Shown here piece after piece: positions 9,058 to 17,475 of a stretch of 45,129 nucleotides of DNA. A model generated the notes under the pieces. It searched no databases. It was not told the origin of the DNA and worked only from the letters and a program-made list of their open reading frames with translations. The DNA comes from Candidatus Eiseniibacteriota bacterium. Its GTDB lineage: Bacteria > Eisenbacteria > RBG-16-71-46 > SZUA-252. Position numbers and translations under genes: made by a program. Each line of letters opens with the position of its first letter. Position 1 is the first letter of the stretch. The stretch spans positions 1 to 45,129 of the forward strand of contig JANMQV010000112.1 of NCBI GenBank assembly GCA_031370645.1. The letters are read 5' to 3'.

Positions 9058-9107
9058 CCTCCCCCGAACCGTTCCGTAACTCGCTTTACCCCTGAAATTC
9101 GGAGGCT
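9056..9107 (+). promoter_or_regulatory. SD-sequestering hairpin downstream of the RAPP leader
   Basis: AGCCTCC (9056-9062) is the exact reverse complement of GGAGGCT (9101-9107), which contains the SD of GTG 9111. GAA 9066-9068 can also pair with TTC 9098-9100. Confidence 0.6.
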
Positions 9108-9110
9108 GTC

Positions 9111-9242
9111 GTGCGCGTTTCATTCCGCGCGGCGACCGCGTTCCTTGCGCTTGTTGTCATGAGCGCCGGATTCGCGGCGGTCGCGTCCGCTCAATCGACT
9201 TCAACATCCAGCGCCCGTCAAGGAGGAGGCTTCACGCGATGA
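9111..9242 (+). pseudogene. 5' remnant (signal peptide) of the native outer-membrane gene, 43 aa
   Basis: GGAGG RBS plus GTG; MRVSFRAATAFLALVVMSAGFAAVASA|QSTSTSSARQGGGFTR*. The TGA overlaps ATG 9239. Confidence 0.6.
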
Positions 9243-10594
9243 GATGGACATTGGGGATAGCGACACTCGCCGCCGCTGCGATGCTGTGCAGTTCCCGAGT
9301 AGAGGCGCAGCAGACCTCCGATACGACCGCCCGTCGAAACGAGGGCATGCTTGACTCGCTCACTTCCTCCGTCCGTGTTCTTCGGGCGCGAGTTGATAGC
9401 TTGGCCGGCGCCGGCGAAGAGTCCGCAGCTGCGTCGCGGACCGCCGAAAAGCCGTCCTCGCCGGCCCCGGCGGCGCGGGCAGGGGGTTCGTACATGAACA
9501 TCAGCTACGATGGACTTATGGACTTTGGCTGGTCCTCTGAGGCAGATGTCGGCTAGCTGCAGCGGGGCGATCACGATCCCCAGGTACGAGGCTTCACAAT
9601 CCCCAATGGAGAACTCTCGCTGGATGGAACTGTGGATCCGCACTTCAAGGGCTTCAGCAACATCGTCCTTAAGCTGAATTCCGAGGGCGAGACGGGTATC
9701 GAATTGGAGGAGCTGTATTTCCTGACTACCTCGCTGCCGTGGAACTTGCAGCTGAAGGGCGGTCAATTTTTCACCGAGTTTGGTCGCCAGAATCCCCAGC
9801 ACCCGCACGCATGGTCCTTTGTGGACCAGCCGTTGGTGCTCAATAGCATGTTCGGCCCCGATGGGTTGCGTAGCCAAGGTGCGAGGGTCTCATGGCTCGC
9901 GCCGACATCGTGGTACACGGAAGCCATGGTCAGTGTTTTCAATAGCGCTGGGGGGACGGCGTTCAGCTTCCGCTCGCCCGAGTCATCAGAAATTCATGGA
10001 GGTGCACCCGTCGAGCGTGGGGTGCGCACATTCCGTGACATGCTGGTCGTGCCGCGCATCGCCACGTCATTCGACCTGAACACGACTCAGACGCTCGTGT
10101 TGGGCACGTCGGCTGCCTTCGGACCCAATAGCTCCGGGGCCCGTGCCAAGACCCAGGTGTATGGGGCCGACCTCTACTGGAAGTGGAAATCCACCACGGC
10201 AGATAGGGGCTTCCCGTTCTTTTCCTCCCAGACCGAGGTGCTGTTCCGCCGCTATGGAGCGGCAACGCGCGTTTCCGTAGCAGACTCGACGGCCACTCTG
10301 TTCGACGAGACGCTCAGTGACCGGGGCGTTTATTCGCAGTTGTTGTGGGGGATCAAGCCGCTCTGGGTCGCGGGGCTCCGCGGCGACTACGTCCGCGGGG
10401 GGCCCGCGGGGTTCGACTCACCTTTGCGCGCCGATCGCTACCGGCTCTCGCCGAATGTGACGTGCTACCTAAGCGAATTCTCGAAGTTGCGCCTGCAGTA
10501 CAACTACGACCACCGCAAGGGACTCGGCGCCGATCACTCGGTGTGGCTCCAGTTCGAGTTCCTCCTGGGCGCGCACGCAGCACACAAATTCTAA
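9239..10594 (+). pseudogene. Metal-uptake outer-membrane beta-barrel protein interrupted by a single in-frame TAG (9554-9556)
   Basis: ORFs 9239-9556 and 9632-10594 are in the same frame. The read-through sequence 'DVG*LQRGDHDPQVRGFTIPNGELSLDGTVDPHF' is continuous. Also 'FGRQNPQHPHAWSFVDQP' and C-terminal 'GAHAAHKF'. Confidence 0.75.
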
Positions 10595-10610
10595 AGGAGT
10601 AGAAGCACCT

Positions 10611-11537
10611 ATGAAAACCATGCGTCAGTTTACAATCGCGGCCGCCGCGCTAATCGCGCTGAGCGGCACAGGAGCGGCATCCGCACGACCACTCAACGTG
10701 GTGGCCACCACGCCGGATCTGGCAGCGCTTGCGAGGGAAATCGGCGGAGATGCCGTCGTCGTGGCGGCGCTGGCCAAACCGACGGAAGACCCGCATTTCG
10801 TGGACGCCAAGCCGAGCCACATCGTTACGCTCCACCGCGCCGATGTGCTCATCGAAGGTGGCGCCGAACTAGAAATCGGCTGGTTGCCGCCCCTGCTTGA
10901 GAGCGCACGCAACGCCAAAATTGCCCCAGGCGCGCCGGGACGCATCGTCACTTCGCAGGGCATCAGGATGCTCGAGGTACCCTCAACCCTCGACCGTTCC
11001 AGAGGCGATGTGCACGCGCTGGGTAATCCCCATTTTCTGATCGACCCGCTTAATGTGAAGGTCATCGTGGGGGAAATTGCCGAACACTTCGCGGAAGTCG
11101 ATCCAGCATCGGCCGGGCTGTTCAAGGCAAACCTGAAGAGATTTGACGCGAGCCTCGATGCAAAGACGGCCGAGTGGCAAAAGCAGCTCGAACCGTATCG
11201 AGGGGCGAAGATCGTCACTTACCATAATGACTTTGTCTACTTGGCTGAGCGGTTCAACCTGGAGGTAGTCGCGACCTTGGAGCCGAAGCCAGGCATCTCG
11301 CCCTCGCCCGCGCATCTGGCGAAGGTCATTGAACAAATGAAGGCTGAAAAAGCGCGCGTGATTCTCGTACAGCCTTACCAGAATCGCAAAACGGCGGAAG
11401 CGGTGGCGCGCCAGACGGGTGCGGTGGTGGTAGATAGTGCTCAGCAGCCGGGAGCTTACAAGGATACTGCCACGTATTTTCAGATGATGGATCATCTGGT
11501 GCAGGGGCTGGCCAAGGCCTTGAAGGAGAAGACATGA
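10611..11537 (+). CDS. Zn/Mn ABC transporter substrate-binding protein (ZnuA/TroA family)
   Basis: Signal peptide; metal-ligand motifs 'EDPHF', 'GNPHF', 'TYHN'; 'EPKPGISPSPAHL'. Confidence 0.92.
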   Translation: MKTMRQFTIAAAALIALSGTGAASARPLNVVATTPDLAALAREIGGDAVVVAALAKPTEDPHFVDAKPSHIVTLHRADVLIEGGAELEIGWLPPLLESARNAKIAPGAPGRIVTSQGIRMLEVPSTLDRSRGDVHALGNPHFLIDPLNVKVIVGEIAEHFAEVDPASAGLFKANLKRFDASLDAKTAEWQKQLEPYRGAKIVTYHNDFVYLAERFNLEVVATLEPKPGISPSPAHLAKVIEQMKAEKARVILVQPYQNRKTAEAVARQTGAVVVDSAQQPGAYKDTATYFQMMDHLVQGLAKALKEKT

Positions 11538-12370
11538 TGCAGGGGGAATTCCAGATCGCTTGGGAAGTCATGAAATGGCCGTTGGCGGCCTGCCTTGTGC
11601 TGCCACCGCTGCTGGTCTATCTCGGACTTCACGTTGTAGAGCGCGAAGTGATCTTCGTCGACCTGGCACTGGCCCAAGTGGCGACGCTGGGCACCTGCGT
11701 TGCCCTGATCATGGGCTACAGTTTTAAGGATCCCATCGCGTTTTGGATTTCGCTCGGTGTAACGTTTCTCGCCGCGGCCCTGTTCAGTTGGTCGCGCAGC
11801 AGCGAAAAACGTCATGTCCCGCAGGAAGCCATCATTGGCATCACGTTCGTGGTAGCTGCAGCGGGTGTGATCCTGCTGCTCAGCAGAGTGGCGGGAGGGA
11901 AAGAGGAACTCGAGAACTTACTGACGGGGGATGTTCTCAACGTGACCAAGGCGGAGGTCGGTCAGCGCGCGGCGATCTTTGCGGTGTTGGCCGGCTTCTA
12001 CGGCGCGTTTCACAAGCGATTCGCACTGATTTCGTCCGACCCGGACGGGGCTCGTGCGCAAGGGTTGAAGGTGCGTCTTTGGGACTTTCTGTTTTACGCG
12101 GCGTTTGCATTGGTAGTCGTCAGCTTTGTGCGTCTGGCAGGAGTACTGCTGACGTTTGCGTATCTGATCGTGCCTGCCGTCTGCGCGGTAATGCTCGCCC
12201 CACGATGGAGGACACGGTTGGTAATCGGGTGGGTGATCGCCGCGGCAGCGAGCCTGCTCGGGCTGTGGGCATCGTACCGGCTGGACTTGCCTACCGGGGC
12301 GGCGATTGTGTGCGCTTGCGGGTTACTTTTGGTCGTGGTGAGCGGTTACGCCGTTGTGCGCCGAGCATAG
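11534..12370 (+). CDS. Zn/Mn ABC transporter permease (ZnuB/ABC-3 family)
   Basis: 'IFVDLALAQVA', 'EAIIGI', 'GVLLTFAYLIVPA', 'DLPTGAAIV'; ATGA overlap with the SBP gene. Confidence 0.92.
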   Translation: MMQGEFQIAWEVMKWPLAACLVLPPLLVYLGLHVVEREVIFVDLALAQVATLGTCVALIMGYSFKDPIAFWISLGVTFLAAALFSWSRSSEKRHVPQEAIIGITFVVAAAGVILLLSRVAGGKEELENLLTGDVLNVTKAEVGQRAAIFAVLAGFYGAFHKRFALISSDPDGARAQGLKVRLWDFLFYAAFALVVVSFVRLAGVLLTFAYLIVPAVCAVMLAPRWRTRLVIGWVIAAAASLLGLWASYRLDLPTGAAIVCACGLLLVVVSGYAVVRRA

Positions 12371-12489
12371 GGAACGCTCGAAGCTCAAGGCGGCCATTCA
12401 GTGATCGCGGAGACCTCCCCCGACTCGAGAGAGGTCGAAGTCCTGCGCGGCGCGCGCTTGGTCGGGATGCATATCACCCCTCCTGCTTT

Positions 12490-12703
12490 GACTCGTCGCG
12501 TACGGCTCGCGGTCGGATGGATCGTCGGCGCGGCGGTCAGCATCGCTGGGACGCTCGTGTCGTACAAACTCGACTTCCCCACGGGGGCGACGATGGCCGC
12601 GACACTTGTCTTGGCCCTCTTTCCCTCGGTCGGTGCGGCGGCGTCCGTGGCGCCAGCGGCCCCGCGGCGCTCCCCTTCCCGTCACGACCCCCACGCCGCC
12701 TGA
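12490..12703 (+). pseudogene. 3' remnant of a second (native) ZnuB-type permease
   Basis: 'RVRLAVGWIVGAAVSIAGTLVSYKLDFPTGATMAATLVL' aligns by eye with the intact permease C-terminus 'RTRLVIGWVIAAAASLLGLWASYRLDLPTGAAIVCACGL'; the N-terminal ~230 aa are missing. Left boundary is approximate. Confidence 0.75.
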
Positions 12704-12706
12704 ATC

Positions 12707-12730
12707 ATTTACTTTAAACTTGAATCAAAT
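12707..12730. promoter_or_regulatory. AT-rich imperfect palindrome, candidate MarR operator
   Basis: ATTTACTTTAAACTTGAATCAAAT versus reverse complement ATTTGATTCAAGTTTAAAGTAAAT; directly upstream of doxX-marR. Confidence 0.55.
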
Positions 12731-12805
12731 AAGGCAGAGAGGCAGAGCGGGCAACGGGGCCGCTCGGGAGTCACGGGTTCACGGAAGTCCTTCGCGGAGG
12801 GTGTC

Positions 12806-13246
12806 ATGCTGAAGTTCATCACCAAGACCAACAACGACTTGAGTCTTCTATTCGTCCGTCTCGTCGTGGCCGCCGTCATGTTCCCGCACGGCGCTCAGAA
12901 GGTTCTCGGCTGGTTCGGCGGGTACGGCTATCTCGGGACCTACACCTATCTGACGAAGCAGATCGGGGCCCCGGCTCCTTTCGCGATTCTGGCGATCGCG
13001 ACCGAATTTCTGGGTCCGGTTGCCTTGGCGCTCGGTCTCTTCGGACGCGCCGCGGCGGCGGGTATCGTCAGCATCATGGCGGTTGCGGTGGCGACCGTTC
13101 ACTTCAAGAACGGCTTCTTCATGAACTGGTCGGGCGCTCAGGCGGGCGAGGGTTTCGAGTATCACATCCTCATGGCCGCGCTCGCGCTCCTCATCGTATT
13201 CAAGGGGAGCGGCGCCTACTCGGTCGACCGGAAGATCTCGGCCTGA
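12806..13246 (+). CDS. DoxX family membrane protein
   Basis: 'MFPHGAQKVLGWFGG', 'GFFMNWSGAQAGEGFEYH', 'GSGAYSVD'. Confidence 0.92.
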   Translation: MLKFITKTNNDLSLLFVRLVVAAVMFPHGAQKVLGWFGGYGYLGTYTYLTKQIGAPAPFAILAIATEFLGPVALALGLFGRAAAAGIVSIMAVAVATVHFKNGFFMNWSGAQAGEGFEYHILMAALALLIVFKGSGAYSVDRKISA

Positions 13247-13274
13247 CGCGAACGCAACGGAAGGGACGGCCACG

Positions 13275-13736
13275 ATGAGCACTCACTATCGAGGGGGCGC
13301 CGCGGAACGGCGCGCCCTCGATGTTTATACGCGGCTCATGCGAAGCGGGAAATCGGTCGGGACGCGGCTTGCTCGACAACTCCGCGAGCAGGGGCTCACT
13401 GAGACCCAATTCGGCTGCCTGGAGATGCTCTTCCATCTGGGACCGCTTCACCCCCAGGAGATCACGGAGAAGCATTTCATGACCGGCGGCAACACGACCT
13501 TCGTCGTAACGACGCTCGAGAAGGAGGGTCTCGTGGAGCGGAAGCCCGATCCAAACGACGGCCGCGCGACGCTCGTGCGGCTCACGGCGAAGGGGCGGAG
13601 GCTCGTGGCGGAACTCCTCCCCGGCCACGTCGCCGCCATCGTGCGGGAATTCGCGATCCTCTCGGCCGCGGAGCAGGAGGAACTCGGAAGGCTGTGCCGG
13701 ATCGTGGGAACGAGGGAGCGGCCCCCGGCTAGGTAG
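13275..13736 (+). CDS. MarR family transcriptional regulator
   Basis: 'GLTETQFGCLEML', wing motif 'LEKEGLVERKPDPNDGRATLVRLTAKG'. Confidence 0.92.
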   Translation: MSTHYRGGAAERRALDVYTRLMRSGKSVGTRLARQLREQGLTETQFGCLEMLFHLGPLHPQEITEKHFMTGGNTTFVVTTLEKEGLVERKPDPNDGRATLVRLTAKGRRLVAELLPGHVAAIVREFAILSAAEQEELGRLCRIVGTRERPPAR

Positions 13737-13943
13737 CCCAACCGCGGTCCCATGGCGTGGCCCGGTAGCCAGGCCGCGGCCCCTCCAAATCCTGGCGAAA
13801 CTCCGCGCTCCGGTTCAGCGTAGAATGAAAAAAGGGGTTGCCGCTCCGGGGTTGACGAGACCCCCCGGATCCCTCGACGCCACGGCGTCTGGGTGAAGAT
13901 CCCCCCTTCCGCGGCGCCCCGAACCTTTTTCCGGAGGTCCCCC

Positions 13944-14348
13944 GTGGCACGTGGAAGAACCACCGTCATCGTCGTCGCCTTCGCTGCCTTCTGCCTCGCG
14001 CTCGGCTACTGGTGGAGCATTCAGATCGGACTTCCGCTGACCGGCCAGAAACCATGGTGGTACGGGAAGGATGCGCACGTCCGTATCCAGGTCATCGAGG
14101 AGGGGCACGACATGGCGACCGTCTCGATGCGTCTCCCGAAGGGGATCATGGACACGATGGTGGCGCTCGGGACGGACGCGAAGATCTCGATGGACAAGGA
14201 CCATACGGTCGTCGGATTCACCACGCAGAAGGCGGCACGCGAGATCAAACTGCGCGATATCTGGAAGGACATCCAAAAACTTCCGAAGGGTCAGAAGCTG
14301 ACCGTCCAGGAAGACGGCGCTACGCTCAACATCTGGATCGAAGCCTAG
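13944..14348 (+). CDS. Hypothetical membrane-anchored protein
   Basis: GGAGG RBS at 13933, GTG at 13944, N-terminal TM segment, host-like codon usage. Confidence 0.65.
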   Translation: MARGRTTVIVVAFAAFCLALGYWWSIQIGLPLTGQKPWWYGKDAHVRIQVIEEGHDMATVSMRLPKGIMDTMVALGTDAKISMDKDHTVVGFTTQKAAREIKLRDIWKDIQKLPKGQKLTVQEDGATLNIWIEA

Positions 14349-14382
14349 CGCGCCTCGTAGTCGACGCAACCTGCGCCGCGCC

Positions 14383-15468
14383 CTACGGCAGAAACCGCTC
14401 CGGGTGCGCGATCTTCTGGGGCAGATACTCGTCGATCACGTAATTCAAGCCATGCGCCGCCAGCGCCTGCTGCTCGGCGCGGACTCCCATCGAGATGAGA
14501 TGCTCCATCGCCTTCGCCCACGGCTTGTGGTGCTTGAAGAAGGGGTCGTTCTTGATGGCATCCTTGGCCCGCTTCACGTCGACGTCCTTCAAGGGGTGCG
14601 TCGGTAGCTTGTAGTCGATGATGTCTTGCGGCGTGATGCCGAGGAAGCGCGCCTGCGGCACGCAGAAGAACTCGTTGATGTGCGCCGCGTTCCCCGAACC
14701 CACCTTGAACGTGCGGTAGATGTTCGAAATCCCGTACGGGTCGCCGTCCACGAAGACGTAGACCGGGATCTTCTTCTCGTCGGCCAGCCGCCGGATGAAG
14801 CGCCGACAGGCGCGCGTCGGGACGCCTCCCATGGACACCAGGATGCAGTTCGCCTTCTTCCAGTAGCCGTGCTTCACCAGGCGCTGAAACATGCCGGCGG
14901 TCTCGATCACCAAAATGAACTTCGCTTTCGTCTCGAATTTCAGATGCTCGACCGAGATCGGAATGGAATAGGCGCCACTTCCGAATTGGGTACAGTCGAT
15001 CCGGATCGGCTTCCCCGTGTCGTTGTCCTTGTCGACAACGACCAGCGCGCCGGAGATGTCGCCCCCCTTCTCCTCGGGGACGAATCCCATCTGCTCGCGA
15101 TTCACCTCAAACAATGCCTCCACGTCGTCCATGACGGTGTCGGACTCGGTCTGCTCCAGGAAGCGCGCATCGCCCCAATTCTTCGAGACGTAGTACGCCT
15201 CTCGCTTCGTCGCGATGTCGTCGGTCTCGACCAGCGTCTTCGAGAGCGCCATCATCCGGAGCGTCTGGGCGAACGTTTTTACGGTGTTCACGGTGAGCGT
15301 CCGCTCCTTCATCAGGCCGCGGATCTCGAAGTAGCCATCTTTCTCCACGTACTTCACGTTCGCGAGCGAACGAACGGGAAACTTCATCATCGGCTTCTTC
15401 TTCTTGAGGATCTGATCCTCGACGTTCTTTGCTTCCTTCTTGATCTTCGGTACCAGGTTCTCGCTCAT
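14383..15468 (-). CDS. top6A: DNA topoisomerase VI subunit A (Spo11-like)
   Basis: '[10 protein letters not shown]' catalytic-Tyr region; TOPRIM acidic residues 'VIETAG' and 'DGDPYG'; 'AEQQAL'. Confidence 0.93.
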   Translation of the reverse strand: MSENLVPKIKKEAKNVEDQILKKKKPMMKFPVRSLANVKYVEKDGYFEIRGLMKERTLTVNTVKTFAQTLRMMALSKTLVETDDIATKREAYYVSKNWGDARFLEQTESDTVMDDVEALFEVNREQMGFVPEEKGGDISGALVVVDKDNDTGKPIRIDCTQFGSGAYSIPISVEHLKFETKAKFILVIETAGMFQRLVKHGYWKKANCILVSMGGVPTRACRRFIRRLADEKKIPVYVFVDGDPYGISNIYRTFKVGSGNAAHINEFFCVPQARFLGITPQDIIDYKLPTHPLKDVDVKRAKDAIKNDPFFKHHKPWAKAMEHLISMGVRAEQQALAAHGLNYVIDEYLPQKIAHPERFLP

Positions 15469-17153
15469 GTGCGGCTCCGTTCGAGAGTGTCCTTGAGCGT
15501 CGAGCAGACTTTGTCGCGTTCCTTGTCCCCGATTCCGAGGATCTCCTGGAGTGCGATGCCGATGTGGGGGATGTACTTCTCGATATACGAGCGCTTCTTC
15601 TCCTCGTCCGCCTCTCGAAGTCCGCGGCGGATGAAGATGCCCAATTTACGTCCCACGTCCTGAAGCGCGAGCCGGATCTCCTTCATGATTTCGGGATAGG
15701 AGGCCACGGCTTCCTTCGACTCCGACGTGAACGGCACCCAGACGGATGCGATGTGGACCATCAGAAGCATCGGCGCGGTCGGGAGCGCCCCGCGCGACTG
15801 CTGCAATCCGTACGACTTCCAATTCGTCTGCGTCACCGACTTCGACACCGCGCAGGCCGACTGCTGATAGAGGAGCGGCACGCGGTTCGCGAAGCGGAGC
15901 ATGGTGATCAGCTCATCCCCTGGAAGCGCCTCCCCGCCATAGGCGAGCGCCGCCTCCACGCAGAAGGGATTCCCGCGATAGACGGCGGGCGAGCGTGACG
16001 TCGCCGCATAAAACTTCGCATCCACCTGCTTCTTCAACCCGGCCAGCAACAACTCCTCCCCGATCGGCGAGAGAACGTTGGCGGGCGGCGCCATCAGTTT
16101 CGTCGCCTGGATCGCCTTGTAGAGCGCTTCCGCCTGGTCGCGCGCCGCCTTGTGCGGCGAATAGCTCGGGGGGAGCATGGCCGTCTGGGCGATTTCATCG
16201 GCCGAGGCGGCACTCACGCGGGAGAACTCGCTGGTGAGGAACCCCTGGAGGTTCTTCGCCTTCGTTTCGTGGAGCATCTTCAGGAGAATGCCGAGCTCCA
16301 CGCCGTGCGGGTGGGGCTTGATCTCCTTCGGCGCCACCGGCAGTTCCTTCGCCACGCGCGGGTATTCGACGCGCTCCCCCTTCGGATCGACGTAGACGAT
16401 CTGCGCATGGGGATTCGCCATGGCGGTCTGTTCCACGTAGCCGTCGACCGAGTGGCGCCCCTTCTTATAGGTCGCCTCGATTTCCAGCTCCACGCGCGTT
16501 CCATGCGACGGAATCCACTCCACCTCGTGATCGGCGACAACGACCGGCGTGTTCCGGCGCGTATCGATTTGAATTTCGAATCGGTGAGCCGGCTTCCCGG
16601 CCCCGACCTTCGAGATGACGTTGATGGCGCGGCCGGTGGTGAGCTGTCCGTACATCGCGGCCGCCGAAATGCCGATCCCCTGCTGCCCTCGCGACTGGCG
16701 GAGCCGGTGGAACTTCGAGCCGTAGAGAAGCTGCCCGAAGATGCGCGGCACCTGCGCTTTCACGATGCCGGGACCGTTGTCCTGGACGGCAACGCGGTAG
16801 CGCGTCTCGTTGATCTCCTGAATCTCGAGAATCAGATCCGGAAGGATGCCCGCCTCTTCGCAGGCGTCGAGCGCGTTGTCGACCGCTTCTTTGACGGTGG
16901 TGAGGAGGGCTTTCGCGGGACTGTCGAATCCGAGGAGGTGGCGGTTCTTGGTGAAGAACTCGCTTACCGAGATTTCGCGCTGCTTCTCGGCCATGTCGGC
17001 GGCGGTGAGGCGCACCACCTTCGGCGCTGCCTTGGGCGCTGCTTTCAGCGCTTCCTTGGGCGTTGCTTTCAGCGCCTTCGCCGGCGCTTTCGCCTTGGCG
17101 GGGGCGGCTCGCTTGCCGCCGGTGTTCGTCTTCTTCGCGGTGGCTCCGCTCAT
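15465..17153 (-). CDS. top6B: DNA topoisomerase VI subunit B (GHKL ATPase)
   Basis: '[16 protein letters not shown]', N-box '[10 protein letters not shown]', 'DNGPGI', 'QSRGQQGIG', transducer 'RFANRVPL', '[10 protein letters not shown]'. Confidence 0.95.
   Translation of the reverse strand: MSGATAKKTNTGGKRAAPAKAKAPAKALKATPKEALKAAPKAAPKVVRLTAADMAEKQREISVSEFFTKNRHLLGFDSPAKALLTTVKEAVDNALDACEEAGILPDLILEIQEINETRYRVAVQDNGPGIVKAQVPRIFGQLLYGSKFHRLRQSRGQQGIGISAAAMYGQLTTGRAINVISKVGAGKPAHRFEIQIDTRRNTPVVVADHEVEWIPSHGTRVELEIEATYKKGRHSVDGYVEQTAMANPHAQIVYVDPKGERVEYPRVAKELPVAPKEIKPHPHGVELGILLKMLHETKAKNLQGFLTSEFSRVSAASADEIAQTAMLPPSYSPHKAARDQAEALYKAIQATKLMAPPANVLSPIGEELLLAGLKKQVDAKFYAATSRSPAVYRGNPFCVEAALAYGGEALPGDELITMLRFANRVPLLYQQSACAVSKSVTQTNWKSYGLQQSRGALPTAPMLLMVHIASVWVPFTSESKEAVASYPEIMKEIRLALQDVGRKLGIFIRRGLREADEEKKRSYIEKYIPHIGIALQEILGIGDKERDKVCSTLKDTLERSRT
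17030..17075. repeat. 24-bp period tandem repeat encoding the Lys/Ala/Pro-rich N-terminal tail of Top6B
   Basis: ccttgggcgctgctttcagcgc (17030-17051) and ccttgggcgttgctttcagcgc (17054-17075). Confidence 0.75.
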
Positions 17154-17409
17154 GGATTCCCTTCCCTCGCATCCCCAGGTGGACTTCTTGAAATCGCCGG
17201 GACTCTACCCTTGCTTGGCGCGGCGCCGCAAGGGCGGTGGCGGCTCGGAACTGGCCGCCGGACGAAATTCGGCTCGAAGTTGCTCGCCTACCGGGTGCCC
17301 TGCCACGCCGCCGATGAGAGATGCCGGCGCCGCGCAACCTCCTGCCATTGTGTTCGCTCCGCCTTTTCGACGGCCCCGCGCTGGAGCATCTCGCGCGCCC
17401 TTTCGCGGG

Positions 17410-17424
17410 TGGCACGTCCATTGC
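17410..17424 (+). promoter_or_regulatory. Sigma54 (RpoN) -24/-12 promoter
   Basis: TGGCAC-GTCCA-TTGC matches the TGGCAC-N5-TTGC consensus, about 50 bp upstream of the pilB-like start. Confidence 0.7.
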
Positions 17425-17475
17425 GGTTTGCATCGCGAGGAATCATCCGTCGTCCCCTTACACCGGAGGAACATC

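Noticed and set aside
9554-9556. Genome-wide TAG reassignment (alternative genetic code or pyrrolysine)
   Set aside because: Many intact genes here end at TAG at their expected C-termini (osmC-like, top6A, trxA, the permease, arfB), and no pyl genes are in the window.
12401-12703. Intact 100-aa gene
   Set aside because: Only the middle matches a ZnuB C-terminus and the rest is junction sequence, so it is treated as a remnant.
13790-13930. ZTP (pfl) or c-di-AMP (ydaO) riboswitch
   Set aside because: Only short fragments match (CTGGCGAA, CGTCTGGG, CCCGAACC). The other conserved elements are missing and the downstream gene does not fit. Kept as an unassigned structure.
16846-17475. N-terminal extension of the PilB-like ORF
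   Set aside because: It overlaps top6B antisense and the promoter region; the SD and GTG at 17476 mark the start.
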